DNA of 64,000 nucleotides from Bacteroidales bacterium UBA5206 (GCA_002412705.1 DHVO01000089.1:5636-69635), one strand, 5' to 3'; positions 19,020 to 30,500 are shown, counted from the stretch's first letter. The notes: generated by a model not told the origin, from the sequence alone. Numbers and translations: made by a program.

Positions 19020-20678
19020 ATGCTACGTAATTTGCACATACAAAACTATGCGCTTATCGATCTTCTCGATATAGAGTTTCATAAAGGACTAAATATCATA
19101 ACTGGTGAAACCGGTGCGGGAAAATCGATTTTATTAGGTGCTCTTGGGCTTATTCTAGGCCAGCGTGCCGATTCAAGCGTGCTAAAGGACACTTCCAAGA
19201 GCTGTGTTGTTGAAGGGCTTTTTGATATCTCCACCTATGATTTAAAACGTTTTTTTGCCGATAACGATTTGGATTACTACGATAGTACCATTATTCGCCG
19301 GCAAATAAATGAGGCAGGGAAATCTCGCGCCTTTGTTAATGAGGTGCCAGTTACCCTTAACGTGTTAAAGGAGCTGAGTAGTAAGCTAATTGATATACAT
19401 TCACAGCACGAGAGTTTACTACTTGGTACTGGGCATTTTCAGCTTACTGTTCTAGATAGCTTTGCGGGTATTGCACCAAGTATTGCAGAATATTCTATAC
19501 TTTACGCTAAGTACCGTGAGGCAAGAGAGAAACTCGAATTGCTGGAACAGAACCTAGCAAAGGATAAAGCTGATTTTGACTACTACAATCATCAGCTACA
19601 GGAACTTAACGAGGCAAAACTTAAGTTAGGAGAGGTTCCGGAGTTAGAAGATTTACAGAAAAAGTTGACCCATGCAGAGGAGATAAAAAGCGCCTTAACA
19701 TTAACCCACGAGGCTTTAAATGGGGGCGAGGCTGCTATTGTTTCTGTAATAAGGGAGGCAGAAACTGCCCTTAAGCGTATAGAAGGGTTCTACGCATCAG
19801 CTAAGCTGCTGGCCGATAGGTTGGAGAGCTGTAGAATTGAGCTTAGAGATATTGCTACCGAGGCAGAGGCGCAGAATATATCAATTGAGCTAGACCCCGA
19901 GCAGCTTGAGCAGGTATCACTTAGGCTCGATAGATTGTTTATGCTCCTGCAAAAGCATAGGCTCTCTTCTGTTGATGAGCTTATTGCCCTTCGTGATGAC
20001 TTGGATGCTCGGGTGGCATCGATAAGCAATGCTGATTATAATATAGAACAGCAACGCAAGGAGCTAGAGCAGGTAAGGGCGAAGCTAACCGACTCTGCCA
20101 GCAAGCTATCCAAAGCACGAGCAAAAGTAGCCCCTGCAATGGAGAAACAGGTAGTAGAAATACTTGATGAGCTGGGTATTAAGTTTGGTAATTTTAAGGT
20201 TGATATAAGGCAAAGTTCAGAGTTCCATGCATGGGGAACCGATATGGTTCAGTTTCTTTTCTCTGCTAATAAGGCAATGCCGTTACAGGATCTATCCAAA
20301 ACGGCATCGGGTGGCGAGCTGTCAAGGCTAATGCTCTCCTTAAAGTCGTTGATGGCGCAATCGTCTAATCTTCCCACCATCATTTTCGATGAAATCGACA
20401 CGGGGGTATCAGGTGAAATTGCCGATAAAATGGGGCGAATCATTAACCGAATGTCAACTGGCATGCAGGTAATCAACATCACGCATTTACCCCAAATAGC
20501 CTCAAAGGGTAAGCACCATTACATGGTGTACAAGGATCACTCCACAAGTGTATCGGCAACCCGTATTAAGGAGCTATCAGCCGATGAGCGCGTTGTTGAG
20601 ATTGCCAAGATGCTAAGTGGTGAAACAGTTACCGATGCTGCCCTTTCTAACGCTAAGGCGTTACTATCTAAGGAGTAA
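19020..20678 (+). CDS. recN: DNA repair protein RecN
   Basis: 552 aa with Walker A GETGAGKS, a long coiled-coil, the SMC signature SGGELSRLML and Walker B IIFDEIDTG. Confidence 0.92.
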   Translation: MLRNLHIQNYALIDLLDIEFHKGLNIITGETGAGKSILLGALGLILGQRADSSVLKDTSKSCVVEGLFDISTYDLKRFFADNDLDYYDSTIIRRQINEAGKSRAFVNEVPVTLNVLKELSSKLIDIHSQHESLLLGTGHFQLTVLDSFAGIAPSIAEYSILYAKYREAREKLELLEQNLAKDKADFDYYNHQLQELNEAKLKLGEVPELEDLQKKLTHAEEIKSALTLTHEALNGGEAAIVSVIREAETALKRIEGFYASAKLLADRLESCRIELRDIATEAEAQNISIELDPEQLEQVSLRLDRLFMLLQKHRLSSVDELIALRDDLDARVASISNADYNIEQQRKELEQVRAKLTDSASKLSKARAKVAPAMEKQVVEILDELGIKFGNFKVDIRQSSEFHAWGTDMVQFLFSANKAMPLQDLSKTASGGELSRLMLSLKSLMAQSSNLPTIIFDEIDTGVSGEIADKMGRIINRMSTGMQVINITHLPQIASKGKHHYMVYKDHSTSVSATRIKELSADERVVEIAKMLSGETVTDAALSNAKALLSKE

Positions 20679-20900
20679 CTGTTGAAATAATCCGTTTACT
20701 TTTAGGTTCCTGTTTCCTAGGTAGATTTATACCTATTGTCGAACCATTTATTGTATTGGGTGTTTATAGCACATATTAGGGGCACAAAGGCGCGAGTTTT
20801 GAATACTACACGTTTTTGTTACAACTATTTTTAATCTCTAGCCTTTAATCTCGCCTGGGGGCGAGACAAGCTCTTTAACCATTGCCTAATCATCCTGCTT

Positions 20901-20932
20901 TTTGTTTTAAACACTAGTTTAGATTACTTTTG
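20901..20932 (+). promoter_or_regulatory. Candidate Bacteroidota-type promoter for fabI (-33 TTTG / -7 TAnnTTTG)
   Basis: TTTG lies at 20901-20904 and TACTTTTG at 20925-20932, with a 20-nt spacer. The -7 box ends 26 nt upstream of the ATG at 20959. This is a motif match only. Confidence 0.3.
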
Positions 20933-20958
20933 TCATTGATTAACCAATATATCCGATT

Positions 20959-21798
20959 ATGTCGCATAATCTATTAGAAGGAAAACGCGGGCTTATTTTT
21001 GGAGCCCTAAATGAAAGTTCTATAGCCTGGAAAGTAGCAGAACTTGCTCACCAAGAGGGTGCAAATTTTGTTCTTACCAACACACCTGTAGCAATGCGTA
21101 TGGGAACAATTGATGAATTGGCTGCGCGTACAGGTTCATTTGTTATTCCCGCCGATGCAACAAATGTTGCCGATTTAGAGAGGTTAGTTAAGGAGGGCAT
21201 GGAGAAGCTAGGAGGGAAGTTCGATTTTGTGCTTCACTCCATAGGTATGTCACCCAATGTGAGAAAGGGCAGAACGTACGACGATTTAGACTACGATTAT
21301 TTTGATAAGACCCTTGATATCTCCGCCATATCATTCCACAAAATACTTCAAGTTTGCTGGAAACTAGATGCCATTAATGAGTGGGGGTCTGTTTTAGCAT
21401 TATCGTACATTGCTGCCCAGCGAACCCTTTATGGTTATAACGATATGGCCGATGCAAAGGCTTTGCTTGAGTCCATTTCACGTAGCTTTGGCTACATCTA
21501 TGGTCGCGAGCGTAGGGTTAGAATCAACACCATTTCGCAATCGCCAACCATGACTACTGCGGGTAGTGGGGTTATGGGCTTTGATGCGCTACTGGATTTT
21601 GCCGATAGGATGTCGCCTTTAGGTAACGCTTCGGCCGATGAGTGTGCTAGCTTCTGTATTACCATGTTCAGCGATTTAACCCGTAAAATTACCATGCAGA
21701 ATTTGTTCCACGATGGTGGATTTTCTAGCATGGGTATGAGTAACCGTGCAATGGCCGTTTACAACAAGAACTTGGAAGAGTGTAAGGATTGCAAATAG
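20959..21798 (+). CDS. fabI: Enoyl-[acyl-carrier-protein] reductase (NADH), FabI type
   Basis: 279 aa with an N-terminal LEGKRGLIFGALNESSIAW motif. It has a FabI-like Tyr/Lys region (SYIAAQRTLYGYNDMADAKA). Confidence 0.85.
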   Translation: MSHNLLEGKRGLIFGALNESSIAWKVAELAHQEGANFVLTNTPVAMRMGTIDELAARTGSFVIPADATNVADLERLVKEGMEKLGGKFDFVLHSIGMSPNVRKGRTYDDLDYDYFDKTLDISAISFHKILQVCWKLDAINEWGSVLALSYIAAQRTLYGYNDMADAKALLESISRSFGYIYGRERRVRINTISQSPTMTTAGSGVMGFDALLDFADRMSPLGNASADECASFCITMFSDLTRKITMQNLFHDGGFSSMGMSNRAMAVYNKNLEECKDCK

Positions 21799-21842
21799 CC
21801 ATATTTTTATTTAATTAGCAGGAGATTTAATAACTCTCCATT

Positions 21843-23477
21843 ATGTATATAAAAAGAGCAAATCTCATCCCTCTTTTGGGATGGATTTTAAGTCTCCTGC
21901 TAATTGTTCTTTTCTCTCTTTTGGTCTTTGCTACGCTAACCCCACAGCAAGTCTCCGTTTACATAAACTCCGACACTCTTTACCTTCCATCCATTTTTAG
22001 AGATATTTTTATAGATAGCTCTGGCCTAAAGGGCTGGAACCTAAATGCTGCACCAAATTTTTTTCCCGATTTTCTCATATACTCTGCTATTAATTTCGTT
22101 TTTACTGATTTTAGGGTTGCCGCTCTTATTTATAGTTTGCTACAAATCCTAATAATTGCTTTGCTTTTTAATGCGATACTTAAAGCGCTAAGCAAGGATG
22201 TTGGCTATGCACATCTTACTGTTACTAACCTTTTGCTACTGCTTTTTCCCTTGTCGGCCTTAATTTCTGGCGATTTTATTTTCACGTTCTATATCTATAG
22301 CATAAGCTACCATACAGGAGCCTTTATTATGGCTATGGTGTCGTTACTTATCACTTTACGTGCGCTAAATATGCAGGGCAAATGGAATTTAATGTTATTA
22401 GCCATATCTGTTTTCCTTGGTGTGTTTAACGATAAACTTTTTATTCCAGCCTTTGTGTTTCCTCTGGTTGCGGTAATTCCATATCTGTTTGATAATGAGA
22501 AAAGGGCTATAGCAAGGCAGTTACTCATTACTACAATATCCTTTACCGTAATTTCATTAGTCGCCTTTTGGGGGATTAAAAAACTAGGTTTCATTAGCAT
22601 AATTAGTACTGATTGGAAGATGTTTAATTTCTCCAACATCATTCCGTCATTTAATGTGATGTTTACTCAGTATGCTAATTATATAAAGAATGGCACGGTG
22701 AGTGGTGTTGTAATTATCCTAACCCTTTTTGTATTTATAGTCCTTTCGGCTTATCTATTTCCCATTTTGCGCCAAATATATAGGGATGTAAAGGGGAGGA
22801 GTAGGGTTCGTTTATCTACACAAAACGCTTTTGCTCTTTTCGCTTGGTTTTTTATTCCAGTAGTGGTTTTTACTCCTGTAATAAATGGTAATTACTTTAG
22901 CCCTGCAATTCTAAGATTCAATATACATGCATATTACTTTGGTGTACTTTTAACCGGGTTCTTACTTTTCCTTCTTTTTCGAAATAGAAAAGGGGTTGCT
23001 AATTTATCTGGAGTATCAGTTGTAATAGCGTTAGTGCTATTGGTAAGCATTTATAATAAGCGAAAGACCGATGTGAGTCTTCAACCTCTTTTAGGGTACT
23101 ATCCAGAGCGCATTGCGTGTATTGACTCTGTTGCGTTGGAGACCCAATGTAAATATGGTATTGCTACCTATTGGGATGCAAAGCTCACAACAATGCTATC
23201 AAAACAAGGCGTAAGGCTTTACCATGTTTTCCCCGACCTTAAAATATGGTACCACGTAACCAATAAAAATTGGTACTATAAACAAGGAAAGGGGATTCAT
23301 GCTAACCCTAAGTTTAGGCTAATTGTTATGAACGGATTCGATTCAACAAAGGTAGTGCAAGTTTTGGGGCGACCTCTAGAAATTTTAACGTTCCCAGAGG
23401 TGGGTACCGAGGTGTGGTTAATGAATGAGTTTGAGTTTGATGTAGAAACTCGAGCGCCAAGTGTAATTCGACCTTAA
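21843..23477 (+). CDS. Polytopic membrane protein with a C-terminal soluble domain, function unknown
   Basis: 544 aa with about 11-12 hydrophobic segments across the first ~400 aa, then a ~130-aa hydrophilic tail. It is AT-richer than fabI. Confidence 0.6.
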   Translation: MYIKRANLIPLLGWILSLLLIVLFSLLVFATLTPQQVSVYINSDTLYLPSIFRDIFIDSSGLKGWNLNAAPNFFPDFLIYSAINFVFTDFRVAALIYSLLQILIIALLFNAILKALSKDVGYAHLTVTNLLLLLFPLSALISGDFIFTFYIYSISYHTGAFIMAMVSLLITLRALNMQGKWNLMLLAISVFLGVFNDKLFIPAFVFPLVAVIPYLFDNEKRAIARQLLITTISFTVISLVAFWGIKKLGFISIISTDWKMFNFSNIIPSFNVMFTQYANYIKNGTVSGVVIILTLFVFIVLSAYLFPILRQIYRDVKGRSRVRLSTQNAFALFAWFFIPVVVFTPVINGNYFSPAILRFNIHAYYFGVLLTGFLLFLLFRNRKGVANLSGVSVVIALVLLVSIYNKRKTDVSLQPLLGYYPERIACIDSVALETQCKYGIATYWDAKLTTMLSKQGVRLYHVFPDLKIWYHVTNKNWYYKQGKGIHANPKFRLIVMNGFDSTKVVQVLGRPLEILTFPEVGTEVWLMNEFEFDVETRAPSVIRP

Positions 23478-23481
23478 AAAC

Positions 23482-23510
23482 AAAAGCCTCGGAATTATTT
23501 CCGAGGCTTT
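23482..23510. terminator. Bidirectional hairpin terminator between convergent genes
   Basis: Perfect 12-bp arms aaagcctcggaa / ttccgaggcttt with loop ttat. Confidence 0.7.
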
Positions 23511-23530
23511 CTGTTAGGACTTAAATCCTA

Positions 23531-24391
23531 CTATCCTAAATATGATTTAAGCAATTTGCTCCTTGATGTATGACGTAATCTGCGAATTGCCTTTTCTTTA
23601 ATCTGACGAACCCTTTCACGGGTTAAACCAAACTTTTCACCAATTTCTTCAAGGGTCATTTCTGAGCAGTTAATGCCGAAGAATAGCCTAATGATGTCCC
23701 GTTCACGCTCGGTAAGGGTTGCTAACGCGCGCTCAATCTCACGGCTAAGCGATTCGTTAATGAGCGACTTATCGGCATTAGGCGAATCGTTATTCACTAA
23801 AACATCTAGTAGGCTATTGTCTTCTCCATCAACAAATGGAGCATCAACAGATACATGCCTACCACTAACGCGAAGCGTATCGGATACTTTTTCCTTTGGT
23901 AACTCAAGTAGGTCGGCAAGTTCTTCTGGCGAAGGGGTTCTTTCAAACTCTTGCTCAAACTTGGAAAATGCCTTGTTTATTTTATTTAAAGATCCTACCT
24001 GATTTAGAGGAAGCCTTACAATTCTTGACTGCTCTGCTAAAGCCTGAAGAATTGACTGACGAATCCACCATACAGCATACGAAATGAATTTGAATCCACG
24101 GGTCTCATCAAACTTTTCAGCCGCTTTAATAAGGCCTAAGTTCCCCTCATTAATAAGGTCTGGTAAGCTTAACCCTTGATTTTGATACTGTTTCGCAACA
24201 GATACAACAAAGCGTAGGTTAGCTCTAGTAAGTTTCTCAAGTGCTTCTTGATCGCCCTTCTTGATTCGCTGAGCAAGCTCTACTTCTTCCTCTACTGTAA
24301 TAAGTTCTTCTTTCCCAATCTCCTGTAAATACTTATCCAGCGAAGCGCTTTCTCTGTTAGTAATTGATTTTGTAATCTTTAACTGTCTCAT
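23531..24391 (-). CDS. rpoD: Primary RNA polymerase sigma factor (Bacteroidota RpoD/SigA type)
   Basis: 286 aa with region 2 ([25 protein letters not shown]) and region 4.2 ([23 protein letters not shown]). Confidence 0.92.
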   Translation of the reverse strand: MRQLKITKSITNRESASLDKYLQEIGKEELITVEEEVELAQRIKKGDQEALEKLTRANLRFVVSVAKQYQNQGLSLPDLINEGNLGLIKAAEKFDETRGFKFISYAVWWIRQSILQALAEQSRIVRLPLNQVGSLNKINKAFSKFEQEFERTPSPEELADLLELPKEKVSDTLRVSGRHVSVDAPFVDGEDNSLLDVLVNNDSPNADKSLINESLSREIERALATLTERERDIIRLFFGINCSEMTLEEIGEKFGLTRERVRQIKEKAIRRLRHTSRSKLLKSYLG

Positions 24392-24485
24392 CTTAACCCA
24401 AAAATTTATGCGAAGTTATGGCATTTTATCATCAAATTCAAGAAGCAAATAACAGGTGTACCTAGCTTTGTAAGTTTTTTTAACA

Positions 24486-25934
24486 TTACATGCCTACAGC
24501 ATAATACGCAACAACCCCATTTGGGTAAACTCCTTCAACTAGTACTCCTCCCGATGCAAATTCGAATGCTCGTTTTAGATCATCGGTATTTCTAATTGGT
24601 GTGCGGTTTACCTTAGTAATGATAAAACCCTGTTTAATTCCACTTGATTGAAATTTGCCCGTTTCTAGTTCTACTACCTGAACCCCGTACTTGATTCCTA
24701 GTTTCTGCATTTGTGCTTCAGAAACCTCTTCGAAAGAGGCTCCCAACATTTTATTAAGCTCTGTTGGTTTAACTATCTCTGTTCCGCCCTTCTTGTTACG
24801 TAAGGTTGCTGTAAATTGTTTCTTTTTATTGTCGCGAATTACTGTTACCTCTACCTTGTCGTTTGGACGGTATTTACTGATTTGCTCCTGTAGCTGCGAG
24901 GGGCTGTTTACTTCAATGCCGTTAATGTGAGTAATTACATCGTTGGGTTTTATTCCGGCATCTTCCGCTGCTCCCTTTTCGCTTACATTGGCAACAAGAA
25001 CCCCTTTAATCTCTTTTAAGCCTATTTCATTGGCTTTGTCTTGGTCCACATCGGCAATGCTTACTCCTAATATTGCTCGTTGTACTTCTCCAAATTCTAT
25101 AATATCGAGAACGGTTTTCTGAACAATTGAGGTAGGTATAGCAAAAGAGTAGCCTGTGAAAGATCCCGTGCGGGAGGCAATAGCTGTGTTTATGCCAACA
25201 AGTTCGCCTTTCATGTTAACTAGAGCACCTCCGCTGTTACCAGGGTTTACTGCGGCATCGGTTTGTATAAACGACTCAATGGCGTAGTTCTCTCTAAGGA
25301 TATTTATGTTTCGAGCTTTGGCACTTACAATACCCGCAGTAACCGTGGATGTTAAATTGAACGGATTACCAACAGCAAGAACCCACTCGCCAACTTTTAA
25401 GTCATCGGAATTTCCAAAGGGGATGAATGGTAAGTCGCCATCAGTGTTAATCTTTAGTAATGCTAAGTCAATGCTAGGGTCGCGACCCACTATTTTTGCC
25501 TCAAAAGTTCGCTTGTCATTTAAAACAACCTGTACCTTATCTGCATTGTCTACAACGTGGTTGTTGGTAACTATGTATCCATCTTGGGTTACTATAACCC
25601 CTGAACCACTACCCATTTGTGGTTGAGGATCTTGCCTGTACTGTGGCCCAAAAAAGAAATCGAATAGCGGATTTCCATAGCTGTACGCAGTGCTTGCTTC
25701 ATAAGTAGTCATTACATGCACTACTGCATGAACCGATTTTTCGGCAGCATATGTAAACGTTGTGGCATTGCTATCACCTGGTATTGGTCCAGTAAGCATT
25801 ACGGGTTTTGTTTCCGCAATAGGGGTATTGGGTACTGTGTTTTGATTTTTTGTAAATAGAGAAAAGGCCGCAACAGAAATAATACCACCTAGTAGAGCGG
25901 CAATAAATGTTGAAATTATTCTTTGTCCTTTCAT
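24486..25934 (-). CDS. htrA: Do/HtrA family periplasmic serine endopeptidase with two PDZ domains
   Basis: 482 aa with catalytic triad contexts TNNHVV, DLALLK and GNSGGAL, followed by two PDZ-like regions. Confidence 0.9.
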   Translation of the reverse strand: MKGQRIISTFIAALLGGIISVAAFSLFTKNQNTVPNTPIAETKPVMLTGPIPGDSNATTFTYAAEKSVHAVVHVMTTYEASTAYSYGNPLFDFFFGPQYRQDPQPQMGSGSGVIVTQDGYIVTNNHVVDNADKVQVVLNDKRTFEAKIVGRDPSIDLALLKINTDGDLPFIPFGNSDDLKVGEWVLAVGNPFNLTSTVTAGIVSAKARNINILRENYAIESFIQTDAAVNPGNSGGALVNMKGELVGINTAIASRTGSFTGYSFAIPTSIVQKTVLDIIEFGEVQRAILGVSIADVDQDKANEIGLKEIKGVLVANVSEKGAAEDAGIKPNDVITHINGIEVNSPSQLQEQISKYRPNDKVEVTVIRDNKKKQFTATLRNKKGGTEIVKPTELNKMLGASFEEVSEAQMQKLGIKYGVQVVELETGKFQSSGIKQGFIITKVNRTPIRNTDDLKRAFEFASGGVLVEGVYPNGVVAYYAVGM

Positions 25935-26137
25935 GGTAATTAATTTTTAGTTTGCTCTAAATAACACACAAACCCCATGCCTTGTGCTTTTAGTTAACAT
26001 TGATTAACTAATAACTGCCAATTTTTACACAGTGTAACGTACCATACCCCATTGCTTTACGTAATGGGCTAACAAGTGCAAATTGGCAACTGTTTTTTTC
26101 CAAGTATTCGCTGTAAAATACGGACCTAATTATTTAC

Positions 26138-26515
26138 CTAGTAGGGTAGAAATTTAAAGGGGATTTTTGAGAGTTCTGCAAATGTTTCTCCAGATTCAAA
26201 CATATCCTCATCAATGGGTCGGTAGTACCAATTAACAACGATGGACATTTTCTTTTTATGAATCTCACTAAGTATTGTAAAAATATCCAACAGTTTTTTT
26301 GATGATGCGCTGTTAAAGTAGTCTATTTTAAAGGTAACTATTGTTTCCCTATTAGGTGTTTTAACGTATTCTTTTAACCAGTCTAGGATGGGAATGAAAA
26401 AGCTATTTGGATCTTCTGGCATCGATTTGCCGTAGAACTCAAAACGACCTCTGTCCTTATCGAGGATAACTTCGAAGCTATCTGGGGTTTCATCTAATCG
26501 GAGTTCGTTAAGCAT
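26138..26515 (-). CDS. DUF1987 (SiaC-like) small regulatory protein
   Basis: 125 aa. GRFEFYGKSMPEDPNSFFIPILDWL and FKIDYFNSASSKKLLDIF match my recollection of the DUF1987/SiaC family. Confidence 0.6.
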   Translation of the reverse strand: MLNELRLDETPDSFEVILDKDRGRFEFYGKSMPEDPNSFFIPILDWLKEYVKTPNRETIVTFKIDYFNSASSKKLLDIFTILSEIHKKKMSIVVNWYYRPIDEDMFESGETFAELSKIPFKFLPY

Positions 26516-26596
26516 ATGTTGTAATTTACTGTTTAACTAGTATTGCAAATGTAGGTGTTGTGAATATTTATAGTAACAGTTGGGTTCTGCAAAAGT

Positions 26597-27376
26597 TTAA
26601 AGTGTAATACGTCCTTTAAAAACTTGTTCTACAGGTCCTGTTAACCATATATTTACGTAGTTGAACTCTGCCAATTTGTCAAACGACACTGTAAGTTTTC
26701 CCCCTAGAGCTTGTAGCTCTACTTCACTTTCTTCACTCTCAAGAAAGTGATGTGCAGCAATTGCCGAAGCTACAGCTCCAGTTCCACAAGCAAGGGTTTC
26801 TTCTTCTACTCCACGTTCAAATGTTCTTATTAGTAGTGTTTCGTTGCTAAGTTGTACAAAGTTAACGTTGGTACCTCCATTTTCTGCATTAAATGATGTC
26901 CTAATATTTTTACCCTCTTCGTTTACGTTTACTTGGGTTATATCCTCTACAAATGATATGTAATGAGGGGAACCTGTATCAATAAAGTAGTAATCGTTGG
27001 CCGCGATGAAAGTACTTACGTCTTTCATCTTGAGTTTAATAATGCTATCGGTAATAAAATGAGCCTCATGCTCACCGTCGATACCCATAAATTTGGGGGT
27101 ATCATTGGTTAGCCCAAGCTGCTTAGCAAAGTGTACGATACATCTACCTCCGTTTCCGCACATAGTACTCTCGTGTCCATCGGAGTTAAAGTAACGCATC
27201 CTAAAATCGAGGCTTTCATGGTTTTCAATTAGCATTAAACCATCAGCACCAATACCCAAGCGTCTGTTACATAGGTGCTTTACTTTGTCTGCTGCAGGCA
27301 TGAAATCAGCCAATCGGTTATCAATAATTATGAAATCGTTTCCTGCACCATGGTATTTTGCAAATAGAAGTTCCAT
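26597..27376 (-). CDS. dapF: Diaminopimelate epimerase
   Basis: 259 aa with both active-site Cys contexts (FNSDGHESTMCGNGGRC and LACGTGAVAS). Confidence 0.92.
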   Translation of the reverse strand: MELLFAKYHGAGNDFIIIDNRLADFMPAADKVKHLCNRRLGIGADGLMLIENHESLDFRMRYFNSDGHESTMCGNGGRCIVHFAKQLGLTNDTPKFMGIDGEHEAHFITDSIIKLKMKDVSTFIAANDYYFIDTGSPHYISFVEDITQVNVNEEGKNIRTSFNAENGGTNVNFVQLSNETLLIRTFERGVEEETLACGTGAVASAIAAHHFLESEESEVELQALGGKLTVSFDKLAEFNYVNIWLTGPVEQVFKGRITL

Positions 27377-27539
27377 GTGAATGGTTGTACGTTAAAAGTT
27401 AAAATCTAAGAACTAGTCTCGTTGTTTAAGGTTAGACACGCTTAAAGCTCAATTTGCAAAGCTATACAAGTTATCTATAAACGGGATTGGGGTGTTTGTT
27501 GTTGCAAGACATCTGCAAATTACTAATTACAAATTAACA

Positions 27540-30500
27540 TTATCGGCTAAGGACTTCAACCTCAACTCGTCTGTTTTGAGCACGCCCCTGTTCTGTATCA
27601 TTAGATACTTTTGGTGTTGTGTTGCCCATACCCTTTGTGGTTAGATTACTGTAGCCTTTTTCTATTAAATAGCGGGCAACAGACTTTGCTCTTTCTTCTG
27701 AAATTGAGGTGTTGCTTAGCGCCTCAAGGTCATCTGAGTGACCTTGAATTTCAATTCTAACCGTAGGATTGTCCCTAAGGAGAGCTAGAAGTCGGTTGAG
27801 CTCAGCAACAGCCTCAGGACCAAGTTCAGCACTGTTACTGCCAAATGGTATGTTAAGCCCAATTTGCGAACCAACTGCAATGGGTTTAAGCATCACATCG
27901 CGGGTAACATTCATAAATGTGGTTACCTGGTTTAGGTTTAGGTTTTCCGACATGTACCAATACCCCTCAGCTACTACCTCAACTGCATAGTTGTCGCCAG
28001 CAAGGAACGAGAAACCAAAATCACCCGATTGTGCATTAGAGTAAACAGAGGTAATTGTTGTGTTATCGGTTGTGTTTACTAAGCTTACCCTTGCTCTTAT
28101 TGGGTTAAGTGTATTAGCATCTTTTACTGTTCCTCTTATATTGGTTCTTCTAACCTGAGCAACCCCTTCTGGTTGGTTCTCAAAGCCCTGAGCAAAGTTA
28201 ATACGTCTAACTTTCTCATCAAACACAAAGTTTACTTCAAATTGCTTGTAGCCATTAAATTGAACCATGAAGTTATTCTGGCGTAAATCAAAATTTTCGT
28301 AAAAGATGTTGTTAATGGAAACAGAATACCTATCGGTGACAGGGGCAAACAGAACAAACTCTCCATTCTTATCGGTTAGGGTAGAGTAGGAGCGCTTTTG
28401 GCTATCGGTTGCAACAATTCTAACATTTGAAACATCAATATTTCCAAGTCCCGATAGTTTACTCCTGTTTAATATGATTTTTCCAAATACTTTATTCTTC
28501 TCAACGTATGGAAAGTAGTAGTTTCCTGTAAAGGAGACCTTAAGGTTCGATTCTTCATTGGCCTTGCTGAATGTACCTGCATCATCTCCAACAGCATAGT
28601 AGTTTATAGTGTAGTTTCCTTCTGGAATATTCTCAAGAGTAACCCTGCCGTATGCATTGGATAGGAGTTGCGTGCTATAAAAATCGCCAGGAACGTACCT
28701 AGCCTCTTCTCCTTCTATTTTGTTAATCTCTACAAGAATATTTTTAATGCCAGGCTCATTCTGATCCTGAGTTAGGTTTCCATTAAAGTCTTTAAAAAAG
28801 ACCAGCTCAATGTCATGATACTTTACACTGGGGTGGTTTAAGTTAAACTCTTTACGAATTCCCGCTTCAAGGTAAAAAGTTTGGTACGATTGGGTTGCCT
28901 CGTAAATATCCTTCCTGTTCTGAAGAGAGTAAACACCAAGAGCTCGTACTAACCAATCATTTTTTAGGTGCCATTGCAGTTGAGCCGATATGTTTGAGTA
29001 GCTAGATTTGGATACTAAGTCGTTATTGTACGAGAGGCTTGCGTTAAGTTCTATTATGTTTTTATAGATATATGAGTCGTAGGAGGGCATTATCCTGATG
29101 TAATTAAAAGGCCTTGATGTGTAGTAATGGTTAATTAGCTCAAATACTGTCTTGGGGCCAGATATGTACGACGATATTAGGCCTATTTTTGATGAACGAA
29201 GATTTAAGCTAACCTCTTTGTAATTAAAGTTTTGTTTTCGTATGGACTCGTTATCGTCTCCTTCCTTAGATGGAGCTTCAGCAATGTAAGGAAAGCCTAC
29301 GGTTAGTCTTGGTGTTAATATTGTATATCCTCCTCCTAATCTAAATCGTGCACCTACCGAGACTTTGGGCGATATGGCGTTAAAAGGTACAGATTGCTCG
29401 TATCCCGAGAGGTTATTCCAAAGAAAATGATCTACTCCTGGTCCTCCAATAATCATTATTTTGGGTGTAAGAGCATGGAGGTATTCAATTGTAGAAACAC
29501 GGCTAAGCGACGAGCTTGTGTTGTTTCCTATGCCTGTAACATTATATTCAAATCGATACTCGGAGTATTGTAACCTTATGTTATTTCCAGTCTGTAAGTT
29601 ATAGTTTACATATAAGTTCCCATCAAATCGCCCCCTATAACTTCCTATGTAACTGGGTGAGCCATACTTCGCTCTTATGCTAGCCGAAATGTGGTTATGC
29701 CTTAAATTATAGACAAGTTCCGATCCAAAGCCCGTATGGTTTGTTTGCCCATTTATATTTTGGGTGTAAGTATTGTATGAGCCCATAATGCCAATAGATT
29801 GCGAAGAACCTATAGGGAAAGATGTTCTTGCGATGGCTAGATGAGAAGTTAAGGGATTATCCCCTTCTTTGTTGTTCAAAATGTATTCTGTTTCAAAAAA
29901 AAGTGCAGGCTTTGGCGAAAATCTAAATTTCCCAGAGTAATTAAAAAGGTCTAGTCGCAAGTCCTTGTTGGCTAGCAAAAAGGCGCTATAGCGTTTGCTT
30001 GTATATTTTACAAAAGCTCCTCTACCAACTAACGATACTTCACTTGACCTAAAATTGTCGCCCACTTCAAGTGTAAAGTTATTAATAGTTGCACCTAAAT
30101 ACATCCTATTATACTTATACAAATCTTCAGGTTCTCTTGATGTAAAATTCCTGTAGTAGAAAAAGAGTGATTTTCTTTCTTGTAAAAGAATATTCCCTTC
30201 GGCAAGAGCAGTTATGCCTGGAACCTCGTTTTCTTTAAGTAAACCTTGCGCTGTTACTTCTAGTACAAGAGGTTTTGAGGAGGGGGGTATATAGTTTATG
30301 TAATCGGATTCAAGCTTTTTAAACCATACATTTTGTTGATACATGGTATCTTGGGAGCTAACACGTAAATTTAGCTTATACATTGTTTTACCAAAGGAAG
30401 TAGTGTTAACCAACCTTATGTTAAACGATACAGAGGTATCGTTATATTCTTTTAGGGGAAAGTCTTTAACAAAAAGATTGGTTCCTCCTTCTATGGATAG

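Noticed and set aside
20849-20866. The GC-rich hairpin tctcgcc-tggg-ggcgaga as the recN terminator.
   Set aside because: It lies ~170 nt downstream of the recN stop. The stem is only 7 bp and no T-tract follows, so the evidence is insufficient to call it.
26020-26095. A nested inverted repeat (tgccaattt ... aaattggca, with an inner cccatt/aatggg hairpin) between the DUF1987 gene and htrA, as a possible small structured RNA.
   Set aside because: The stems are short and AT-rich and the loop is long. It is equally explained as a weak terminator for the DUF1987 gene, and I cannot assess conservation.
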